From: Bdellovibrionales bacterium
GTDB lineage: Bacteria; Bdellovibrionota; Bdellovibrionia; Bdellovibrionales; JAMPXM01
Direction: 5' to 3'
Length of the DNA: 17,070 bases
Assembly (NCBI GenBank): GCA_043739185.1
Contig: JAYUEN010000167.1
Span: forward strand, 1 to 17,070
Shown here: in pieces, positions 1-8,111 of the stretch
How the letters are laid out: each line of letters begins with the position of its first letter
How positions within the stretch are numbered: position 1 is the first letter of the stretch
Made by a program: the position numbers and the translations under genes
Notes under the pieces: generated by a model
What the model was told of the DNA's origin: nothing
What the model saw: the letters and a program-made list of their open reading frames with translations, nothing else
The model's database searches: none

Positions 1-780
1 TATATTGGTGAAAAAGTAGGGGTCGGAACAGCTTCTGATCCGCATGTTGATATTGCGCTTGATCCACTTGAAGGAACAACAATTTGTGCAACTGGCGGAG
101 TTGGCGCAATTTCAGTAATTGCGGTCGCCGAAAGCGGTCATTTTTTGCATGCCCCTGACACTTATATGGAGAAAATCGCAGTTGGACCCGAAGCAAAGGG
201 AGTCATTGATATTCAAGCTCCAGTTGAGGACAATGTTCGAAAAGTTGCCAAGGCCCTAGGAAAAGAGCTTGGTGAATTAACGGTGGTTATCTTAGATCGA
301 CCGAGGCATCAAGAATTGATCGCAAAAGTGCGTTCACTTGGCGCGCGTATTCAACTTATCGGTGACGGCGATGTTTCGGCCGGAGTTGCGACTTCTTGGG
401 GAGACTCAGGAATTGATTTATTAGTAGGCGTGGGCGGGGCACCAGAAGGTGTTATAACTGCGGCCGCAATGAAATGCTTGGGTGGAGACTTTCAAGGTCG
501 ACTCATTTTCAGAAAAGAAGAAGAAAAGCAGCGGGCAAGAAAAATGGGCATCGAAGATCTAAACAAATGTTATCAGCTTGATGAGTTGGCAAAAGGCCAT
601 GTTATGTTTTGTGCAACTGGTATTACCAGCGGCCCACTGCTGACAGGGGTGCGATTCCTACATGGGCGGCGCGCGACCACACACTCAGTGGTAATGCGAT
701 CACGCACTGGTACAGTTCGTACGATTGAGGCCGAACACTCCCTTGATCGAAAGCCCATTGATATGCACGGAGTGCTTTAA
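1..780 (+). CDS. glpX: Class II fructose-1,6-bisphosphatase (5' end outside window)
   Basis: Frame is open from base 1: YIGEKVG...DIALDPLEGTT, then APDTYMEK, LDRPRH, DGDVS, GGAPEGV and ATGIT, all GlpX motifs. The ORF track start at 145 is internal. Confidence 0.96.
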   Translation, partial: YIGEKVGVGTASDPHVDIALDPLEGTTICATGGVGAISVIAVAESGHFLHAPDTYMEKIAVGPEAKGVIDIQAPVEDNVRKVAKALGKELGELTVVILDRPRHQELIAKVRSLGARIQLIGDGDVSAGVATSWGDSGIDLLVGVGGAPEGVITAAAMKCLGGDFQGRLIFRKEEEKQRARKMGIEDLNKCYQLDELAKGHVMFCATGITSGPLLTGVRFLHGRRATTHSVVMRSRTGTVRTIEAEHSLDRKPIDMHGVL

Positions 781-786
781 CCCACT

Positions 787-1086
787 ATGGCAAGCCACCA
801 ATATCAATGTTTTCAATGTGGAACTCTGAATAGCTTTGTTGCCCCATTGGGGCGCAGAGAAGAGTGTAGCAAATGCCACAGCGATGCACACAGCTGCAAA
901 AACTGCGAGCACTACGATCCGAAGGTTTATAACGAATGTAAAGAAACCCAGGCCGATTTTGTGCAAGAAAAAGAACGTGCAAATTTCTGCGATTACTTTG
1001 CGGTGCGCGGACAAGGCTCTCAGGTCAAACAGCAAAGCTTAGATCATAAGGCTGCCGCTGAAGCTCTCTTTAAGAAGCGAGACTAA
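787..1086 (+). CDS. Small Cys-rich hypothetical protein, probably metal-binding (99 aa)
   Basis: CFQC, CSKC, CKNCEHY, a further Cys and ANFCDYF; ATG 6 nt after the glpX stop. Confidence 0.8.
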   Translation: MASHQYQCFQCGTLNSFVAPLGRREECSKCHSDAHSCKNCEHYDPKVYNECKETQADFVQEKERANFCDYFAVRGQGSQVKQQSLDHKAAAEALFKKRD

Positions 1087-1207
1087 GAGTTCTTAGCCGT
1101 GGCGTGCGCCTCTTAAGCTTGCTTTTAAAAATACTTTGCACTTTTCAGAATTTAGCTAATAATCAAGGCTCGACTTCTAAGTTTGTGCTTAAAAAAAAGG
1201 GGTTTCA

Positions 1208-1639
1208 ATGCCGGGAGCCAATCATACCGAGATTTTTGCGTGTTCGATTGAACAATTATACGATGTGATTGCCGACTATGAACGCTATCCTGAATTTTTG
1301 AGTGAAGTGAAAGATTGCAAGATTTTAAAGACCGAAGGCGATAAAAAAATCGTCGAGTATCATATCTCTTTAATCAAAAGTTTTAAGTACAGTTTGGCCA
1401 TGAAAGAGCAAAGACCCAATCAGATAACTTGGGAGTTTGTTGGCGGCGACGTATTCAAATCCTCAAGCGGTTCCTGGAAGCTGCAAGAAGAGGCCGGACG
1501 GACGCGAGCCAATTATATGGTCGAAGCGCAGTTTTCATTGTTCATCCCAAGTCCAATTGCCAAGACTTTATTAACCGTAAATCTGCCAACAATGATGAGC
1601 GCCTATCATAAACGAATTAAGGAACTCTATGGAAAATGA
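1208..1639 (+). CDS. SRPBCC/START-fold protein (Coq10/RatA-like cyclase/dehydrase family)
   Basis: LYDVIADYERYPEFL N-terminal signature, GSWKL, C-terminal helix; AAGGGG Shine-Dalgarno-like site upstream. Confidence 0.88.
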   Translation: MPGANHTEIFACSIEQLYDVIADYERYPEFLSEVKDCKILKTEGDKKIVEYHISLIKSFKYSLAMKEQRPNQITWEFVGGDVFKSSSGSWKLQEEAGRTRANYMVEAQFSLFIPSPIAKTLLTVNLPTMMSAYHKRIKELYGK

Positions 1640-1964
1640 TGATTCATCGTCCGGAGATCGTGGCGGCCCCCTTGGCGAAACAATAAAGAAAATTTTAACG
1701 ACCGGCTTGAGTGCCGCGTTTATGACCGAAGAAAGTATCAGAAGTTTTGTATCCGAACTCAAGCTTCCGAAAGAGAGTCTGCATCTTTTATTGCAAGGGG
1801 CTTCTAAATCAAAAGAAGAACTTATGAATCGTGTTGGAAACGAAATTGTGAAAGTGATTTCAAAAATCGATTTTGTAAAAGAAGCTTCGCGTTTTGCAGA
1901 AGAACACAAATTTAAAATCAGCGCAGAAGTCGAAGTTTTAAAAAAAGATCCACCAAAAACTTAA
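1629..1964 (+). CDS. Small helical hypothetical protein (111 aa), weakly phasin-like
   Basis: Overlaps the upstream gene by 11 nt; AAGGA upstream; amphipathic IKKILTTGLSAAFMTEE segment. Confidence 0.75.
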   Translation: MENDDSSSGDRGGPLGETIKKILTTGLSAAFMTEESIRSFVSELKLPKESLHLLLQGASKSKEELMNRVGNEIVKVISKIDFVKEASRFAEEHKFKISAEVEVLKKDPPKT

Positions 1965-2062
1965 TTTCTAAATTATGGCCTGCAAGTGGCGGCGCGCCAT
2001 CTGCCATCGCCATTACCAAAGCCTTTGTTCATTCTACAATTTTTTTGTGCGTCAGCTCTGCC

Positions 2063-2590
2063 TTAGCCCGTACTATTTTTGACGATATTAATTGCGGTCG
2101 CTCGAGCCCAGCCATAGCCCTCAAGTTGATTGATCCTAATATAATCCTTTAAATTCAAAAACTCTCTAAAACTCGCAATGACTCTCGTAAAGGGCCGATA
2201 ATTCCAAAAATGCTTGTTGAGCTTTTTCTTGCGACTTACTTTTGTAACAGCCATCACGATTGCCGAACTAATCGCTCTGATAAATTTTTTATAGGTGAAG
2301 CGATTCGATAATTTAATCTGAAAGTGTAAGTGATTACCGACATTTGCCATCGACAAAACTTTCACTCCATACTTACTTGCGAACTTCGAAACAATTTTGG
2401 CGATGTTCTTGCGATTTTCTTGGCGTGCGAACGACCATTCGCCCACAGCTTGCGTCGAGCGCATCGTGAGATGCATTGTATGTTTGGTGACGAGCGGTCT
2501 TGGCCCTTGACGAGCTTCTCTTTTATTAAGTAAGTCACCGCCGTAGGCTTTTGGCTGATCTTTTAGAAGTTTGGCTTGTGGGTTTTTCAC
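2063..2590 (-). CDS. Y1 HUH transposase (IS200/IS605 TnpA superfamily, RAYT-like), 175 aa
   Basis: N-terminal MHLTMRS strand, HUH motif in NVGNHLHF, FWNYRPFTRVI, and candidate catalytic Tyr in DYIRINQLE; GTG start. Confidence 0.82.
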   Translation of the reverse strand: MKNPQAKLLKDQPKAYGGDLLNKREARQGPRPLVTKHTMHLTMRSTQAVGEWSFARQENRKNIAKIVSKFASKYGVKVLSMANVGNHLHFQIKLSNRFTYKKFIRAISSAIVMAVTKVSRKKKLNKHFWNYRPFTRVIASFREFLNLKDYIRINQLEGYGWARATAINIVKNSTG

Positions 2591-2599
2591 TCTTTGTGT

Positions 2600-2628
2600 A
2601 GTTTAGTGAACGAAGGTTAAAAGGTCAA
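2600..2628 (-). promoter_or_regulatory. sigma70-type promoter of the transposase
   Basis: Minus strand TTGACC (2628-2623), 17-nt spacer, TAAACT (2605-2600); A-tract upstream; 9 nt from the -10 box to the GTG start. Confidence 0.7.
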
Positions 2629-2681
2629 GATTTTTTTGGAAAAATTTTCGGCTAGCATGGACTGTCAGATAATGAGGTGAT

Positions 2682-2752
2682 ATTTCGTTGTACTTCGCAA
2701 CATCGGGCGGCAAAAATAAGGGAACGGATTCAAGTCCGAAGTGCAACAAAAT
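2682..2752. repeat. Imperfect inverted repeat, 16-bp arms
   Basis: ATTTCGTTGTACTTCG (2682-2697) vs CGAAGTGCAACAAAAT (2737-2752): 14/16 complementary, 39-nt loop. Confidence 0.7.
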
Positions 2753-2798
2753 CGACTGTTATTCGGTTCTTTCTTCCTTTTGTGGGACTTGTTTTGGC

Positions 2799-2994
2799 TC
2801 TAGAATTCAAAGCAGTTTTAAAGGCAGCAGCAGCGGTCAACAGTTTGGCAGTTTCGGTGGGCAGTCTTCCGTGCAATAGTTTGTACTAGCAAGCGCCTTA
2901 TTGAACTGCCGGCGAATGAAGCTCCATCTTTTAGACCGAAACTGCCAAGCAGTTAACAGGGGCGGCTGCCGTTAAAACTGATTTAAAATCTAGA
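2799..2994. repeat. Long imperfect inverted repeat, 60-bp ungapped arms
   Basis: 2799-2858 vs reverse complement of 2935-2994: 49/60 identical without gaps, inner 14 bp (TTGGCAGTTTCGGT) perfect, 76-nt loop. Confidence 0.92.
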
Positions 2995-3025
2995 TTTGAA
3001 AGTTGAAAACAAACCGAGCTGACAC

Positions 3026-3970
3026 TTAATCCTTAATAAGCAATTCGCTGACGCGCTCTGGGGCAAAATTGATTATCGCGGCTGAGGGCTTGAGCTTATC
3101 AGATTCTTTGGGCTTGATGATTTTTGAATGGTCAAAATCTTCTTCTTCGTCGCTACCTGAATCGGTATTTTGTTCTGATTTGCTATCTAATTTTTTGCTT
3201 GATATTTTATCTGGCGCATTTGCGTTCGCAGAGCGCATTTCTTCTACTACTTTGAGTCGCTTTTCAACCATTTGAGAAATGCTTTCGGATTTCGAGGGCT
3301 GTGCCGTCATACTTTTCGAGCCATTTGAATAGTTTCGCGAGTTCATAAAGGTATTTGGTGGGCGAGGTTTTGAAACGCTTGAAAAATTCATATATCCAAT
3401 CAGAAAGCTGATGAGATCTTCGGTTCTTTCAGGAACTTCACGAATGGCAACACTCATATAGCTGTAAAATAAAGCGCGGTTGATCTCGGGGCTAAGGTCG
3501 GTTAATTCTCCGAGGCTCATATCTAAAAAGGAATGTTCAAGAAAACTTCGTAAAGCTTGGCCGTTCCATTTGCTGTCAATTTCAAACATGAGTTGATCGA
3601 GCATTTTTTGCTTTGACAGTGCCTCTTGTCTTTTTGCCGAAAGCTGGCGTAAATTTTCGCCATAATTAAACCAGCGGCTTTCTTGCGCGCGCTCTGCCGT
3701 CGAATTGAGAGCGCCAACTTGATAAACTTGCGTCTCTGAGACTTTAAGTTTCATTTCTTTTTCGATTTTGATGATCTCTTCTTGTTCAAGATCCCGAGCC
3801 TTTTTAAGGCTTTCGATAGCTTGAGTTTTGGCTATAGGGCCCTGAGCCGAGTCATTTAGGGGGCGGCTGGGAGCGGCATCGGCGCCACTGACAAAGCCTA
3901 CTAAAAGCGTAAGAACGACTCCGATAGTAAAACGATAAAACATAAATGGGGGAGCTGGCATAAGATTCAT
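3026..3970 (-). CDS. Hypothetical secreted protein with coiled-coil segments and a charged low-complexity C-terminus
   Basis: 314-aa ORF; signal-peptide-like MFYRFTIGVVLTLLVGFVSGADA; true start may be the ATG at 3943. Confidence 0.8.
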   Translation of the reverse strand: MNLMPAPPFMFYRFTIGVVLTLLVGFVSGADAAPSRPLNDSAQGPIAKTQAIESLKKARDLEQEEIIKIEKEMKLKVSETQVYQVGALNSTAERAQESRWFNYGENLRQLSAKRQEALSKQKMLDQLMFEIDSKWNGQALRSFLEHSFLDMSLGELTDLSPEINRALFYSYMSVAIREVPERTEDLISFLIGYMNFSSVSKPRPPNTFMNSRNYSNGSKSMTAQPSKSESISQMVEKRLKVVEEMRSANANAPDKISSKKLDSKSEQNTDSGSDEEEDFDHSKIIKPKESDKLKPSAAIINFAPERVSELLIKD

Positions 3971-3982
3971 AGCCTACTAGTG

Positions 3983-3998
3983 AGCAATCGCTGTGCCA
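3983..3998 (-). promoter_or_regulatory. sigma54 (-24/-12) promoter
   Basis: Minus strand TGGCACAGCGATTGCT matches TGGCAC-N5-TTGCW; lies just upstream of the 3970 ORF. Confidence 0.78.
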
Positions 3999-4048
3999 CG
4001 CAGGGGCGTTTGACGTCCTCAAGCGAAGCCATTGTTGGTTGAAGCTTA

Positions 4049-4065
4049 TGTCAAAGTTTTTGACA
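4049..4065. promoter_or_regulatory. Palindromic site, candidate enhancer (UAS) for a sigma54 activator
   Basis: TGTCAAA-GTT-TTTGACA, perfect 7-bp arms, centred about 85 nt upstream of the predicted sigma54 start. Confidence 0.5.
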
Positions 4066-4143
4066 GCGGGGATGCTAAAGGGTACCTGGATTCTTAGCTT
4101 TTATTCTAAGGTTTTAGCTTTCGAAAGCAGGTAGCAATTTAAA

Positions 4144-5148
4144 ATGAAGATCTCGCGTCTTGCTTATGATGTAGGTTTGAGGCTCAAGGCTTTCGAGCAC
4201 AAAAAGATTCTGGTTGCTCTTTCTGGAGGGCGAGATTCATGTGTCATGCTTCAAATCTTACTCGAGCTTAAAACCCGCCTGGGGCTTGAAATTGGGATCG
4301 CTCATTACCACCACGGGGATAGTCAATGTTCTGAACTTCAAAGCGACTATCGCCAAAAAGCTCTAGAGTTTTCAGCAAAAACAGCGCTTCAAAATCATAT
4401 TGAATTTTTTTATTACAAATCGGACTCTAGCTTGGCTCCAAGCGAAATGAAAAAGCCTGAAAAGGGCTTGACGCGAAATCTTCAGAGCGAAGCTTCTTTG
4501 AGAAAAGTTCGCTTAGAATTTTTAGAGAAAATACGTAAGGAGCAGGGCTTTGACTTCATTGCTTTGGCTCACCATGCGCAAGATCTATTTGAAACTAGAC
4601 TTATTCGCCTCATTCGAGGTACCGGCAAGCTAGGTCTTGTCGCAATGAGCCTTCAAACCGATTTCAAGCTGCGGCCAATTTTGAATTTATGGCCAAATGA
4701 AATTGGCGCCTATGCGAAACAAAATGAGATATTTTACCTAGAAGATCCTAGTAATTCAGATTCAAGATATTTAAGGAATTGGCTGCGAAATGAATGGCTG
4801 CGAACTTTAGAAACAAAAAAGCCCGGGGCCATGCAGGCCTTTGCCCGCTCCTTGGAGTTGCTGGCTCCTTCTGGACAGAATGAATTGGTTGAAGAGCTTT
4901 GGATGCGAGGAAACCAGGCAGCTATTGACCGAGAAAAATTTATGACACTTAGCCCATCTGGGCGCAGGCAAGCAATTGCAAATTATTTGGGGCAATTTGC
5001 AAAAAAAAATTATTCTTCGAATATGGTGCAAGAAATTTGCAAGCGTCTTGACACTTCTCAGAAAGAACTCAGATTTAAGGTGGCAGGTTTTGAATGGACC
5101 GCTAACGCGAAGCAAATTCAAGCTCGAAATTTAGCTAAATTTGATTAG
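4144..5148 (+). CDS. tilS: tRNA(Ile)-lysidine synthetase, short form
   Basis: PP-loop ALSGGRDS, AHHAQDLFET, RGTG, LRPIL, EDPSN, RNWLR; directly upstream of ftsH. Confidence 0.93.
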   Translation: MKISRLAYDVGLRLKAFEHKKILVALSGGRDSCVMLQILLELKTRLGLEIGIAHYHHGDSQCSELQSDYRQKALEFSAKTALQNHIEFFYYKSDSSLAPSEMKKPEKGLTRNLQSEASLRKVRLEFLEKIRKEQGFDFIALAHHAQDLFETRLIRLIRGTGKLGLVAMSLQTDFKLRPILNLWPNEIGAYAKQNEIFYLEDPSNSDSRYLRNWLRNEWLRTLETKKPGAMQAFARSLELLAPSGQNELVEELWMRGNQAAIDREKFMTLSPSGRRQAIANYLGQFAKKNYSSNMVQEICKRLDTSQKELRFKVAGFEWTANAKQIQARNLAKFD

Positions 5149-5162
5149 ATTTTAGTCGATAA
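5136..5162 (+). promoter_or_regulatory. Candidate FliA/sigma28 promoter upstream of ftsH
   Basis: TAAA (5136-5139), 15 nt, GTCGATAA (5155-5162): one mismatch to TAAA-N15-GCCGATAA. Confidence 0.45.
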
Positions 5163-5322
5163 ATCTAGACAAATTCTGGGCTAGATCTAGACTCTCGAAT
5201 GGCTAAAAAGGCACAGTGAGAGTAGGACCTTAGTTCTTTTGCTAAGTTTCTCTCTGATTCCTTTTCTGAGCACAGCAAGCGTGGTATTCTATAGATCATT
5301 CTTTGTTGTGAAGGAGTTAGTA

Positions 5323-7305
5323 ATGAGATCAACTCAAAAGACACTCGCATTATGGGCAGTATTAATTGTTGCGGGCCTGGTTTTCTATCAAATGTTTCAG
5401 CATCGCCGGCAAAGTACGATTGAGGATTTCAACTATCAAAAATTTGTTCAAGCTCTAGAAGAGAACAAAATTAAATCGGTTACTTTTCGAACGGACGCAA
5501 AAGAAATTAGCGGAGAGCTAAAAGAAGAATTCGTTCCTGAATTTAAAGGCAGCCGGTTTTTTAATATCAACGGAAATACGGATTCTGAAGGTTTCAAGCT
5601 CGTACGTGAAATTGGCGAAAAAAACGGTAGCCATATTGTGCCAAATTACGAAGGTGCAGATTCGAATTCGATTCAAACCTTTCTTCTCAATTATTTGCCA
5701 ATTTTATTAATCGTTGGAATGTTCATTTTCTTAATGAAGCAAATTCAAGTAGGCGGCGGAAAAGCGATGAGTTTCGGAAAATCACGCGCCAAGCTTCTGA
5801 CCGAAAATAAAAATCGTATGAGTTTTAATGACGTTGCAGGCGTTGAAGAAGCCAAAGAAGAACTTGAGGAGATTGTTCACTTCCTAAAAGACCCTAAGAA
5901 GTTTACCAAACTAGGTGGTCGGATTCCTAAAGGGGTTTTATTAGTTGGCCCTCCAGGAACAGGTAAGACTTTACTTGCACGAGCAGTTGCGGGAGAAGCG
6001 GGCGTTCCGTTCTTTACTATTTCCGGTAGTGACTTTGTCGAAATGTTTGTTGGTGTCGGCGCCAGTCGCGTACGGGATTTATTTGAACAAGGTAAGCGAA
6101 ATGCACCATGCCTGATTTTTATCGATGAAATCGATGCCGTGGGAAGACATCGCGGAGCCGGCATGGGCGGTGGTCACGATGAGCGTGAGCAAACCTTGAA
6201 TCAATTGCTTGTTGAGATGGATGGTTTTGAATCCAATGAAGGCGTTATATTAATTGCCGCTACCAATCGTCCTGACGTTCTAGATCCAGCGCTTTTACGC
6301 CCAGGTCGTTTTGATCGACGTGTGGTGGTGAATAAGCCTGATGTGATCGGGCGCAGAAAAATATTAGATGTTCACGTTCGTAAAACGCCACTAGCAACAA
6401 CCGTTGATTTAGACAAAATTGCCAGAGGAACTCCAGGATTTTCAGGAGCTGACCTTGGCAATTTAGTGAACGAAGCAGCCCTAAATGCCGCGCGCACGGA
6501 TAAAACTCGGATCACGCAATCTGATTTTGAGAGTGCAAAAGACAAAGTCATGATGGGTTCTGAGCGCAAATCAATGGTAATCAGTGAAGAAGATAAGAAA
6601 ATCACCGCCTATCATGAGGCCGGTCATACTTTAGTTGGTAAAATGATACCAGGTACTGATCCGATTCATAAAGTTACGATCATTCCTCGAGGCATGGCCC
6701 TCGGGCTCACGCAAATATTGCCAGACAAAGAGTCCCACAGTCTTTCAAAAACAAAAGCAGTCAATATGATTGTATTTTTGTTCGGTGGACGAGCGGCAGA
6801 AGAAATCATATTCAATGATTTCACAACTGGCGCAGGTAATGATATTGAACGCGCCACTGATATCGCTCGCCGCATGGTCTGTGAGTGGGGAATGAGTGAA
6901 AAGCTCGGTCCGCTCGCTTATGAAAAAAGTGAGGGTCCGGTTTTTATGGGGATGAATGCCGGCAAACCTCGAGAGTATTCAGAAGCAAAAGCCGAGGAGA
7001 TTGATCATGAAGTGCATCGTATCGTGAGTGAAGGCTCACAAAATGCGAAGCGAATTTTAAACGAAAATATTGAGACCTTGCATAAGCTTGCGCAGGCGCT
7101 GCTTGAACATGAAACCATCGATGGTAGTGAAGTCGATCTTTTATGCCGTGGCGGTTCCTTAGATGATATCCGCAAGGATCGCGAAATTAAAGAGCGCGAA
7201 AACCAAAAGGAACAAGCACAAGGTCGTAAAGAGTTGAAAGTTGAAGAGGACAAAAAGGCAACGGGTACGGATCCCGTAGGAAACTCTGGTCCAGTGACGG
7301 CGTGA
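5323..7305 (+). CDS. ftsH: ATP-dependent zinc metalloprotease FtsH (660 aa)
   Basis: Two TM segments, Walker A GPPGTGKT, Walker [35 protein letters not shown]. Start moved to ATG 5323, which follows AAGGAG at 5311-5316. Confidence 0.98.
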   Translation: MRSTQKTLALWAVLIVAGLVFYQMFQHRRQSTIEDFNYQKFVQALEENKIKSVTFRTDAKEISGELKEEFVPEFKGSRFFNINGNTDSEGFKLVREIGEKNGSHIVPNYEGADSNSIQTFLLNYLPILLIVGMFIFLMKQIQVGGGKAMSFGKSRAKLLTENKNRMSFNDVAGVEEAKEELEEIVHFLKDPKKFTKLGGRIPKGVLLVGPPGTGKTLLARAVAGEAGVPFFTISGSDFVEMFVGVGASRVRDLFEQGKRNAPCLIFIDEIDAVGRHRGAGMGGGHDEREQTLNQLLVEMDGFESNEGVILIAATNRPDVLDPALLRPGRFDRRVVVNKPDVIGRRKILDVHVRKTPLATTVDLDKIARGTPGFSGADLGNLVNEAALNAARTDKTRITQSDFESAKDKVMMGSERKSMVISEEDKKITAYHEAGHTLVGKMIPGTDPIHKVTIIPRGMALGLTQILPDKESHSLSKTKAVNMIVFLFGGRAAEEIIFNDFTTGAGNDIERATDIARRMVCEWGMSEKLGPLAYEKSEGPVFMGMNAGKPREYSEAKAEEIDHEVHRIVSEGSQNAKRILNENIETLHKLAQALLEHETIDGSEVDLLCRGGSLDDIRKDREIKERENQKEQAQGRKELKVEEDKKATGTDPVGNSGPVTA

Positions 7306-8111
7306 TATTACAAAACTTAATTGAAAATCTTAGTTTCATAATCACGCAGCTTCGGCTGCGTGATTTCGTTGATATGTTCCTGGTTTGGGTCGTAGTTTAC
7401 CGGGTATTGATTCTGATTCGCCATACTGGCACCGTACAAATGCTTTCTGGCTTGGGCATTTTGGCAATTGCATACCTGGTGAGTATTTGGTTTGAGCTTT
7501 ATACTTTTAATTGGATTCTAGAGAAGTTTTTCAATAATTTGTTTTTAATCGTCGTGATCCTGTTTCAGGGTGAGATCAGGCGTGCACTGGCTCATATCGG
7601 GAGTAATCCTTTTTTAACCGGTGTCAGTCAGGCCCATGAAACGCAAATGATTGAAGAGCTTTCAAAGGCCGCTGCCCAGATCGCAAATCGGGGAAGTGGC
7701 GCTTTAATTGTTATTGAGCGTGAAATTAACTTAGAATATTTTGTCGAACTCGGCACTGAGCTTGATAGTGCTATTAGTTCAGAAGTCATCAATTCGGTCT
7801 TTTTAAATCAGAGCCCACTGCATGACGGCGCCGTCATCATTCGCGCCGGACGCATTTTTGCTGCCGGGTGCTTTTTACCTTTGTCAAAAAATCCTCAAGT
7901 TGATAAAAATTTCGGAACCAGGCATCGCGCAGCTCTCGGCTTGACTGAAGAAACTGATGCGCTTGTTATTGTTGTGAGCGAAGAGACCAATCAAATTGGG
8001 ATTGCAGAGATGGGTCAAATTAAAACCGTGAGCGATCAAGTCGATCTCAGAAAATCCCTCTACCAAACATTTGGACTTAAAATGCGAACCACGCATGCTG
8101 AGGCCACATGA
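7302..8111 (+). CDS. cdaA: Membrane diadenylate cyclase CdaA/DacA
   Basis: Three N-terminal hydrophobic segments, [13 protein letters not shown], catalytic LHDGA and GTRHRAA, VSEET; GTGA overlap with ftsH. Confidence 0.95.
   Translation: MILQNLIENLSFIITQLRLRDFVDMFLVWVVVYRVLILIRHTGTVQMLSGLGILAIAYLVSIWFELYTFNWILEKFFNNLFLIVVILFQGEIRRALAHIGSNPFLTGVSQAHETQMIEELSKAAAQIANRGSGALIVIEREINLEYFVELGTELDSAISSEVINSVFLNQSPLHDGAVIIRAGRIFAAGCFLPLSKNPQVDKNFGTRHRAALGLTEETDALVIVVSEETNQIGIAEMGQIKTVSDQVDLRKSLYQTFGLKMRTTHAEAT

Noticed and set aside
2725..2738. CGGATTCAAGTCCG as a tRNA T-arm
   Set aside because: Lacks the G-TTCRANY-C closure, and no cloverleaf can be built around it.
2677..2889. Small plus-strand ORFs of 70 and 63 aa, the latter with GAGGTG before a TTG; 7 of 11 arm mismatches share one codon position
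   Set aside because: No recognisable homology, and the mirrored arm is bounded by stops with no start, so the periodicity does not show coding selection. Ribo-seq would be needed.
2799..2994. 6S RNA, terminator or CRISPR interpretation of the long hairpin
   Set aside because: Size fits 6S but there is no central bubble or recognisable 6S motif; no U-tract; no repeat-spacer periodicity or cas genes. An Rfam scan would settle it.
2049..3025. GTCAGCTC (2051-2058) and GAGCTGAC (3016-3023) as terminal inverted repeats of an element
   Set aside because: Only 8 bp exact (10/12 extended), which is expected by chance; Y1 elements do not use terminal inverted repeats and no target duplication is evident.
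5239..5322. 28-aa N-terminal extension of FtsH from the ORF track
   Set aside because: TTG start without a ribosome site; ATG 5323 has AAGGAG and gives a typical FtsH N-terminus.
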